From assembly GCA_964234715.1 (NCBI GenBank), contig OZ174278.1: a stretch of 64,000 bases of DNA, one strand, 5' to 3'. The position numbers were made by a program, and so were the translations under genes. Position 1 is the stretch's first letter. Each line of letters opens with the position of its first letter. The stretch is from Podarcis melisellensis (lineage: Eukaryota). Under the pieces are notes generated by a model. It saw only the letters and a list, made by a program, of their open reading frames with translations. It was not told the origin of the DNA and did not search any database. This document shows positions 12,792 to 23,600 of the stretch, piece after piece.

Positions 12792-15374
12792 TATATAGAA
12801 TTGCAGTGTACCATAACTCCACCCTCAAATTTAAATCTTGCTTTTAAAAACACTATTTTTTAAATTATGCAGAATTTGGACCAATGAGCTTGAATATTCA
12901 GAACATTTTTAATTCCCCAAAACTGAGAAGACCCTTTCATAAGTCTTTAATATCCAAAAAAGGGAACAGACTCTCCAGTATCGTACTCGCCAATGTATGA
13001 AAGCAGAGTTTCTAATGTGGCTAACAGAGAGCTAACTACTAACAAAATAATTAGCATGACAGTTGCAAACTGTAGGCTAGAACCATAGTTAACCTTTAGC
13101 TCATCTAGAATTGTGTGATTTGATACCTGCCCGGAATGAATTTAAAACATGTGCAATATAAGTAACCTTGCAGTAGGTATAAGTTGAAAATTGCCCTTTT
13201 CATTCTCTTGGGCAGAAAAAGGCACAAAATGGAAAAAGCACTGACTTTTGAAGAATGCAAGCACACTGTGACTGCCCTCCTGATTCTCTTCCTTTAGCCA
13301 CAGCTTGAAGTTATATTCACCTGACAGTATATATGACACCGGGCCCAGGATAAGTGAGTGTAGTTTGCCCACAATGCCTTGGTGGGCCAAACACTGAGCC
13401 CTGGTGGGCATAATTAGATCCATGGGCCAAAGTTTTCCCACAGCTGTTGAAAACCATGGGTGGGTATTGTGGTCACTTTTGTACACAAAGTGCAAGCATG
13501 CAAACTTCCCTTTCCTGATATGTACAGAAGGTTTTTTCCCAGTGGGTGCTTATTAGTTCCTGTGGTAGTTTATACTTATCAGTGACAGCTGGTCTCTGTT
13601 GGGCCTAGTGATTTCTATTGAAGAATAATCCTAGCATGTAGAAGTTTTACTCAACAGTGGATGGTAATATCTTTCCGTAGAAATTAGTCAGAAATCATAT
13701 GCACTATTTCACAAAATGAACAAAGACTGCAGCCTTCTACTCTCTTATCTGAGGGTAGTAAGCCTTATTGAACTCAATGGAGGTTACTTCTGAGTAGGCT
13801 CAGTAAATTTATCTGTACCTGTTTGTTGAAGGCGGGAGGGGGGAGAGTTACATTTCTGTATTTCGTTTCCCTCTGACATCACTGTTCACAATAAGAATCT
13901 GGTAAATTCTGGGGTGATGATAATATTAATGATCATCCAACATTTATATAACATGGATATCTATGCTTACAGTATCAGAGACAGTAGACCTTGCTCCCTC
14001 TTTTTCTACATACACCTACGCTTTTAAGAGCTGTGGGAGAAGCAGATACTCAACATATACCTTACCCAAGAATGGAAATTTTGGAGTCTGCTGCCCTCAA
14101 AGTCTATGAAAATGCTTCATTCTATAAGTCAATATGAAAAGCGCACTACATTTTCAACAGCCAAACTAAATTGTAACCACATGTTAGTAAAAAAAAATAA
14201 TAGGGCTGCTACTGCAGGTTGTATTGTTGTTGTTGTTAAATTTAATTTGTATACGGCCCTATACCCACAGGTCTCAGGGCAGTTCACAGGATAACAGATT
14301 TCACAGATTGTAAACACTGAAAAGATTCTTGCCTTGTTGGCTCTCAAAACATGTTTCTGCAGCCTACAAAGAAACAATTACCAGTGCACAGGCTCAGAAC
14401 AGCAAAAGCATAATTCTTGTGACTGGCTCTGGGGGGCTGCTGTAGATCCACCCTGACACCTTTGTTAATCTGACATGTCTTGATATGCTAATTGTGTGTC
14501 CTGATTGGGTAGTGCTGCCATCCAAGAGGAAGATAGAAATCTGGCCAAATTGAGGATCTAGCAGCCCTGGTAAAATGTGCCCCAACCTGGAGACAAGAGG
14601 TGGAGACCTGCTTGCATAGCAGTGCTTTGTGACTGGCTGCGCAGAAAGGCAATTTCCCCTTGGAATTGTTTCTGTCTTTGCAGTGAGCTAGGCAATCACC
14701 TCTCTGCATAGCCACTTACAAGGTATAGATTTAAGGTCTTTAAAGGGAATTTTGGGGGACAGATTTTGGTGGGACAGTGCACTGGTAGCCCTGTTTGAGA
14801 AACCGCTCCTTAGACAATCGATTTAAAGCATGCTTATGAGTATAACAAAGAATCAGAAACCACAATTAACATACAGTCTTCATTTCCCGCAGTGGGCTCT
14901 GCAACCTTCTGTAGTCAATTTTGTTCTGTATTTTCCCATAACAGCCAGTAGCATTGTTAAACTGTTTGTGATAAATAGCTCCAGATGCTTTTAAATTAAA
15001 AGAACATTTTAGTTAAGCCTCTTCGGGGAGCAGTAAAAAAAAAAGAACTGCATTTTACTTATTTGTCCTGTCACTACTACTTCCAGATGGCCTCGTCAAC
15101 ATCTGCTGCAATTGAGACATTTCACTGCAATAAAGATTAAATAGCTGTGTTGAATGGCCATTCTCTGAGGTTCAAGACTCTCTGCGTTTCTGGTATATTC
15201 TATGAAAATACAGAAAACGTGATACTTCAGAGTATAGTGAAAGGGTTTTGTGTGTCGCAATTTATCCATGACATCTTTCTACATGATTAATTTGCTGTGT
15301 GTACAACTGATGTTGTGTGCACTAGCTGTGGAAATCATATGTTATGTTTCAAAGACTGAGGAAGGAAAATAAGC

Positions 15375-15531
15375 ATGTCCCCCGTCCTCTCCCCCAAGGG
15401 AAGGGAGAGAGCGAGGAAGGGGAAAGGCCCCCCCAGCAACACAGCGCCCCCCACCCAGTATGCAGCCAGAAGCAGCAAGGAAGGGAGGTGGCTTATATTC
15501 AGGTGCAGCTTATATTCAGGCCAATACGGTA
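15375..15531. mobile_element. Tc1/mariner (Tc2-like) MITE fragment
   Basis: Ends in ...GGTGCAGCTTATATTCAGGCCAATACGG-TA (reverse complement TACCGTATTGGCCTGAATATAAG), with an internal repeat of gcttatattcagg. Confidence 0.6.
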
Positions 15532-16579
15532 TATATAAACCCACCCACACCAACACACCCCAAAGAGCCTTACAAGTGACAAGTCAGTGGGGTTAATCCT
15601 CTACCAGTCATACTCAGATTATACAGTACTTCAACTTTTCCTTCATATCCACTTCAAATCATAGTCCCAAATATAAACTTTGGTGCCCTCTAAAATGTAA
15701 CTATTTTAGTCTATTCCTCTTCCACTGGTGCGTGCAAACTTCAAAACTGGTCTTTAATGGCAGCCTCCTGTTTCTTTATTATGATCTCCCTTTGGAGGGT
15801 AATTTGGACTACATTTTCTGTAGCTGATGAAGAGGCCACTGTATGAAATACTCAACCTCAGGGTTTTTGTTTATTTGTTTTAAGGTAGGATTGGCTGTCT
15901 TGAGTTCATTTTCTTTGGTATACCACATTCATTTTGAATGCCTGTTCTCAGGCCTGCCTGATTTAAATATTTCCTTTATTGTTGGTTGTTTTAATCCTGT
16001 TGTTACCCCGGCTTGGGATATGAATATAAATAGCTAACTATATAGATAGATGTCCCTATTTGAGTCAAAATGCTTCAGAATTTGGTTGAGGCAAGGATAA
16101 TGCATCGGTAGCCTTATGTTGCTAAGAAATGCACTGTAAACAGAAAAAAACCGTTGAGTTACTACTTCTTCAAAGCTGGAAATTATCCATTTCCCCACTG
16201 CCTTATAACAGATTACTAGGAATACAAGGCTGATAGATCAGCATCTTTGTCCTGATTGACATTATTCCAGACAGGCTTGATGCCTGCCCCAAGTGGTTTC
16301 TGTTTTCCCACTACAAGTATTTAGTCTCTCTTTAAAGGGAAAATCATCTATCACCATGGATCCAGTATAATTTCCCTGCTGAGGAAAGTAATAAATTTGA
16401 TTACCACAAGCTTTGCGACACCTTCCCGTTTATGGCTTTTCTTGAACCTCAAGGGAGTCCATGACTTTCACATGCAAATGGTGTCTGCACAAGGTTTTGC
16501 TTGTGTGCTCGAAGGGTATGATCTGAAGACACTTGAGGTTACTGCTTTGCTGGAGCTAAGCAGGGTTGGGTCGGGACTG

Positions 16580-17180
16580 CAGATAAAGGTGAATTCCATG
16601 CTGGGGATCTTTAGGAAGGGGATTGAAAATAAAACTGCCAATATTGTACTGCTCTTACATTTGGAATACTGTGTACACGTCTGGTCACCTCGTCACAAAA
16701 AAAGATGTTGAAATGGAAAGGTTTCAGAAATGGGCAACCGAAATGATCAAGGGATCGGAGCATCTACCCTTTGAGAAAATGTTACAAAATTTGGGCTTTT
16801 TCCTTTAGGAAAAAGGCAAGCAGTGCATGATAGAGACTTCTTCGCACAGGACATAGTTAAAGTATGGAATTTGCTTCCACAAGATGTAGTCATGGCCACT
16901 AACAGTGTCGGCTTTGAAAGAGGATCATGGGCATTCATGGGCAATGGTTGTTAGCTATGATGACTGTGTTCTACCTCTTTTTGATCAATGGTTACTAGCT
17001 ATCTCCACCTCCCACTGTGGAAGCAGTAAGCCTCTGAATATCAGTTGCTAGAAATCACAAGTGGGGAGACTGGAGTTGCAGTCAGGTCCTGCTTGTGGGC
17101 TTCCTATGTATTGGATGCACTGGGAATACAGAGCTAGGTGGTCCTTCGGCCCAATCCAGAAGGCCTCTTCTTATGTTCTT
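16580..17180 (+). mobile_element. CR1 LINE 3' fragment
   Basis: Degenerate ORF2 C-terminus (MLGIFRKGIENKTANIVL..HLEYCVHVWSP; MERFQKWATEMIKGSEHLPFEKMLQNLGFF) and a cttcttatgttct tail. Confidence 0.85.
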
Positions 17181-18379
17181 GTAAAAGGCAGGATATAAAT
17201 GCAAGAAAAACAAACAAACCCTACAAGCACAACCTGATCCACAGAGAGCAACGGTCTTAAAAAGATATGCAGTGTTTCATTTCTCATAAACAGCTTGCCA
17301 TCAATATGTACATTCCTCTGTGGAAGAGTCAAAAGCAAAGATCAGGAGCGCTGAGGGGGGAAAAACACATCCAAGATTATTGCTGCGACCATACAGCCCT
17401 GACTCAGTTCCAAAGCTATCTGATCTGTGTAAGGCTCCACTGTTATGACAGTCAATACAAATGTAATAATCACAACTTCCCCGCCAAGTTATACAGGGAA
17501 TTGTGGTGAGATGCTGATAATTCTTTTTAAAGGCCCTCACAGAACTACAAGTCCCATGGTTCACAGGAAAGAGGGGAATGACTAGTATAATTATGTCCTC
17601 AAAATTGTTGTGGGGAGAGGGGACTGATACTTGCACACCTGGGCTATATCTCTTCTTGTACCTGTAATCTCAAACCCACCATAATTAATGGCAAGTCAAC
17701 TAGCTCGCAAGCATTGTTGTATCTGATAACATAGGTTGTTGCTTGTGAGAGGAGAGCCCATGTTGCTATACACCATTAAATCTCTGAGCTGTCATTTTTG
17801 CTACTAGAAACCCAGATGCTAGAACACTGGTATAACTTTCCTGATCCTCTGGGTAAGAACCTCTCTCCCCTAACATTCATTCCATTGGGAAACACTGTGC
17901 TCTCTACTTTTAAATTGGCAATAACTGCTACAAGCATTTTAATGCATTGAGACAGTGTAAAATTAGAAATGGGCTTTAAAACACAATTCTGCAGATCCGC
18001 AGTACGAAAGATATATGAAATGTAGAAGAAATATTTTTCATGCTTTTGCATCTTAAATTAATTCACTATATATAAATATTATTCTACACAAAATAAAACT
18101 AGAAGCTAGTTCTTAGGTTGGGCTTTTATTTAATAGGGTAGGGTTCAGTTACAGAACAGACCCTTTGAAATTAATGTACCTAACTTAGTCATGTTCATTA
18201 ATTTCAATGGGTCTGTACTGAACCCATAATAAGTATTCCAATTGAATAATTGAGGAGGTAAATGCAAGATGAACAACATTTATTCCCATTCATAAGTGAA
18301 TATCCCACATTGGGTAAGGTAGTAGGGTGATAACAACCAACCTCAACAGCCATTAAAAGTTGCCTATGAAAGATTGGGT

Positions 18380-18560
18380 AAGATTGAGGGTGCAAGGAGA
18401 AGGGGACGAAAGAGGACCGGATGGTTGGACAGTGTTCTTGAAGCTACTAACATGAGTTTGACCAAACTGCAGGAGACAGTGGAGGACACGAGTGCCTGGC
18501 GTGCTCTGGTCCATGGGGTCATGAAGAGTCGGACACGACTAAACAGCTAAACAACAACAA
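18380..18560 (+). mobile_element. Bov-B (RTE) LINE 3' end
   Basis: aagattgagggtgcaaggagaaggggacga...gcctggcgtgctctggtccatggggtcatgaagagtcggacacgactaaac plus a (CAA)n tail, the characteristic Bov-B terminus. Confidence 0.85.
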
Positions 18561-19339
18561 CATGCAAGTCACAGCTTTTCTGGCATAGCCCTTGTTCTAG
18601 TTATAACCTCCAATTAAAAAATGAATATTTAGTTATTATTTTGTTTCACACAGTTAACCTCTGTGTTGAAAACACAGCATGAAATAAGTGTTCTAATGCT
18701 GAAATAATACTCTATGGGATATTAAATATTAAACTTCAATATTTCACCACAGAAAAGTATGCACACCAACTGGATATGTCTTTGCTGTCCATAATACTAA
18801 GCTTCATTAACTCTTTTAATTTACAGTAGCATTCCCAAACACACTTTAAAATGAGCATGAACAGTTACTGCATGCTCATAAAAAAATGCTCTTAATGTAT
18901 ATTAAGAAATAATTGCATAGACACAAATCATTAACAGTTAAGTCTTACTAAATATGTTTTAATATTACCACTCTCAGTTAATTTACACTGTCTTATTAAG
19001 TTGAGATAGCTACATTTAATGACAGCTAATGTGTTTTCAGATACCTAATTATAACCTTAAAAATAACACTTGCCCACCAAGCCACTTTGTAAGCAGTTCC
19101 CTGCTTGTGACATTTACTTGCATTTTGAAGGAAGGGCTAACCTTTGGCGGCAGCAGTGTCCTTAGTGTCTGCATTCATTCCATGGGGCTTCATGCCCCAG
19201 CCTTTGTCAGCAGATAGCAAAAATAGCAGTTTCTAGATGATTCAGTAGCTTCTGCCATACTTTCAGGGCAGATGCTGTCCCATGGCTACAGTGATGATGT
19301 ACGGTTTAATTAGTCACATGAAACATAATCAAGCATAGA

Positions 19340-19520
19340 AATGGGAAAACCCAATGAAAGTGATGAGTGGGGTGCTGTGGGGTTCTCTCCTGGGCCCATC
19401 ATTGTTCAACATCTTTATAAATGACTTGGACAAACGAATTGAGATGCTCATCAAATTTACAGATGACTCCAACCAGGGAGGAGTAGCTAATGCCACAGAA
19501 GACAGAATTGGGATTCAACA
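19340..19520 (+). mobile_element. CR1 LINE reverse-transcriptase fragment
   Basis: Degenerate SGV..GSLLGP.LFNIFINDLD...LIKFTDDS (RT FADD-type motif). Confidence 0.7.
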
Positions 19521-19922
19521 TTAAATTTATTTATTTATTTATTTATTTAATAAAATAAATAAAACATCAGCATGAGAAGGACATAAATATCCAACGGGAG
19601 ATTAACAGATTAAAGGCACCCTCCTAAGACTAAAGAGGAAGAAAACTATTTTGAGAAGGAGTTTTACAATCTCTACAGCAGCACGTTAATGGAAGAGTGA
19701 AATATATTTCCCTTACATTTTTTCATATATTGTTTAATAATACACAAGCATAAGAATGCAATAGCAAGAAGCAGAGCAATAGCCCCACTTTTGCAAGATG
19801 TGCAGTATGTCTGAAATACGTTTTGTATCTTTTAATATCTGTGGGTTTGTTTTGTTCATTTTTACTCTTTCTTGTTAGGGTTCGCAAAGAGCCATCAGAG
19901 TTGATGGGATCTGACGGTTACA

Positions 19923-20601
19923 ATGGAGGCAACATCAAACGCAACCACAGAAAACTCTGATCTTCTGAAGGGAGCTCATCTAGAGACAGATGATTGGTTG
20001 GCTTCTCCGGGAACTATCAGTGATGCTGAAGATGAAGCTACTGCGAGGGAGAACATTCACACTGACACTGAAAAAGAACCAGTAATGAAAGAGCCACTTG
20101 TGCTGATAACAGATTGGGATCCACGGGGTTTACCTAGCCAGGAGGAAGAATCATTAAGACGCTCCCGGTATAGGTTAGGAGGCTCTGCTGATAGCATATT
20201 ATCTTTAACTTCTTCCCATTCTCTCCTACCTCTTGAATGGAAAATTTTGAGATCTAGTCAATCAGAGAGCACACTGGCACATTTTTCTGATGCCACTCTG
20301 GAAAACACAGAAGGAGGACATAAAGATTCATCAGACAATAACCAAGATGTTGTGGATGATATAATTGGAGATGAAGTTGCTTTCAAAGTATGTACTCGTA
20401 TGCTCAACCATAGTTTAGGTGCTGCTTACACTGCAGATTCCAGGACAGCCTTTCCCATAATACACAATGGATCACCCAGCCCTAAAGATGCAAACTACTC
20501 AAAGAAAACTTCAGATAGCTCACAGTGCAAACATATACTGCACCCAAGAACAGAAAAGTTTCCAGATGTTGGATTGCAAGTTAATCAAGCACATAACTCA
20601 G
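19923..20601 (+). CDS. CAP-Gly gene, coding exon 1 (acidic/Ser-rich N-terminus MEATSNATTENS...)
   Basis: Acceptor ttgttag|19879, Kozak acaATGG, 226 open codons, donor CAG|gtaact (phase 1). Confidence 0.75.
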
Positions 20602-23600
20602 GTAACTAGGACAATCATGGGTGGGTGGTGGTTGTGACCTGGCACGGTGGCTCCTTCACACACAACCCATCAACCTAGCCGCCCTGGTGCATTCTGGGGT
20701 CCCACCAGACCCAGATTTGAATTCTGAACCAATCTGCATTGGCTTGGGGGGGGGGGGACAGGGAGCAGACCTTGCTGCCATAGTCTCCACTCAGGTCTGC
20801 TCCCAGAACATTTAAGCAGGCCAGCTCATAACTTAGGTAACTAGGACAATTAACTAGGTTCTTTTAATGAATGAATGAATGAATGAATGAATGATTCAGT
20901 CATGTAATGTTCTTCACGTGTCCTTTTTCAGCAGCTGATAGAAAAGATTCAAGTTTGACTGACCAGCTTTGGACAGCTGCTGCATCAGCAAATAACTTAC
21001 ATAATATTGTCGTGTCAAATGGTTGGGAAGGCAATTCTTATCATCACAAGGTATTACAAAATATATTTTCTTTAGTGTCATATGAATTCAAATGTTACGT
21101 ATGTTTCTGGACTTTATGCGTATTAACTCCTAAACACATAAGAGTCCTGTCAAATCATGCCAAATATCCATCATAGCATCCTGTTTTCATAATGGCGAAC
21201 CAGATGCCCATGGGAAAGATGTCCCAAGAGCACTCTCCCCATGGGTGATTCCCAGCAACTGGTATTCAGAGTCAGATTGCTTCCAATTGTGGAGGAAGAA
21301 ACATCGCCATCATGGCAAGTAGCCTTTGACAGCCCCTTGTAACCTTGGTAGTGCAAGACATTCATAATAAAAAAACTGACAGCGGCAATCGGGAAAGAAG
21401 GCATAAAGTTCCTGGCATATGAAATGAAAAAACAAAAAATATCTCCCTCCAAAGAAAAACTCCAGAGAGGTGAAATTAAAAAAAAAAAAGAATATACTTC
21501 CTTTTCTTAAGATGTGTGTTTGGGAGGATCGATTGTGAACTAGTACTTTATTTGAAAATGCTAGGTTTGCCTCTAGTTTGCCTGGCCCAAATACATCTCA
21601 TATACCACAGTTTAATAAGCAATGTGTGAGGATAGTATGTTTTGGTTAATGACAATGGACGCTGTATTCAGCCTATAATTAGCAGCCCCAGCTATTGCAT
21701 GATATGGTTGATTTATACCCACCTTCTAGGTATCTGCAGATAGTTCAAGTCTTTAAAAAGAAATCCATGGAAACCCATAAAATATGGCATAAAATGAGGA
21801 AAATATTTGTAAATGTTACTATGATTGTTTATATGTGATAGTTTTGATTACATGCAGACAGGAAGGGTCACAAAAGATTTTTTTGAAGTCTGAATGGTAT
21901 ATGTAAAACTTCCAAAAAGCAGCACTGGTGATGGTAGCGGGGAGAAGGAAGAAATTCCAGGTGTTTGAACATCTTTCTACAAGCTTCAGTACTTCCTCCT
22001 TTTTTTCCATTGTTTTCTTTGCATTGGACACGCTAAACTAGGTTGCTGCAGCAGCAGCTGCTCAAGCTGTGCCTCTTGACAATAGCCTTGCCTTCTGGCC
22101 TGATGATGGTTAGATTCTCAACACAAAAGCTCTTTTCTGATGTAAATAGAGGGCAGTGACATTACACAAGGATTGTTGGGGATGCTGGATGTGGAATCAT
22201 GAAAGCCGGCCAACCAGACAAAACGGCAGAGGTAAAATGGTAAAGTGCTGTTAAATTAAGTTTTTTAAAAAATAAAATATGAATAGAGTCGTCATCAAGC
22301 ACTAAACAAAAGCTAATGCTTCATGGTAGCACATATTTAAAATAACCCTTTCTCTGTGATAAAACATTTCAGTCAATGTCTGAAGCACAAAATATATGCT
22401 CATGCTTATGTGAAGAATCCAAATCTTCCAAATCATGATTATCTGCCACTAACGTTGTTTTCTTTTTAAAGAAACTAAAGTATTGATGCAAGATTTAGGA
22501 GCTCTTGGTATAATGCAGACTTCATGGATTTTTGTCTGAATGTATATAACTGTTTGGTGTTTTCAAGATTTTGCATTTCTCTGCTCTTTTTCTCATTTTG
22601 AGCACACTTACATTGTAGCACTCTGAATTTTCCCCAATGATACTTTTATGTTGCATTTGTTTATTATGTTCACTAAGTTTTTACTGAACCCTACAACCAC
22701 TGCAGTTTCTTTATCTTCAAAAGATTAGTATATATGGATATCAGCAAACTGAGGGGTATAAAGCAAGCTTTATATGGATATAAGTGAGAAGCGTATCCTT
22801 TGTTATGGTTTTAACAATCCACAATCCACAATCCACTTGTGTTTCATTTACAGTAACATGTCGAATCACAAACTTTTTCTCAGCAGTGAAGGTACCATCT
22901 AAGTTTAAATGTATATTCTTATTCAGGTTTGTGCTGTTTATACTATAAGAAGCTTTAACCATTCATATATTTGAGATATTCAATATTCATATTCAGATGG
23001 TAAAAAAACCATGTTTTTCTTTAAGGATTGTTGGAAATAACAAGGTTGAATTTCTTAGTCTTTAGGGTGCCACAAGACAGGGCTAAACTTCTGAAGTTTG
23101 AATCTAGTATATGAACACCTGACTTGCTCCTTTGAACCATTTATGTTGCATAGATATGGCTTAGAGTTGTCATAATTTTATAATCTTTGTGGGGGGTTTG
23201 TATTGTGTTAACTATAAGCTGCTTAATGGACCTGGACCACAGAGGAGCTGAAAAGTATACTATCAATTCAGAAGTAGTAAAAATAATAATGTACAAATGC
23301 AATCTTTGTATACTGTATAAATGCACACGTTTGTTTGTTTTTCAAACAAAAGAGCTTTATTCTTAATACATGGAAAACAGCACACGTCACAATATACAGC
23401 ACCATGCAACAGTTCTCATTACACAGCACAAATTAAATTAAACACTTGAAATTTCTTCTTGACTTTCCCCCCCTTTTTTGTTAGTCAACAAAGAAAGGAA
23501 GGTCTCCTGCAATGTCAGAGTTTCTGCTGAAATCTCCAGATGAGAACAAACAGGAGTTTCATCAACCCATGAAGAATGTGCAGGCTAAACGTCAAGTACT

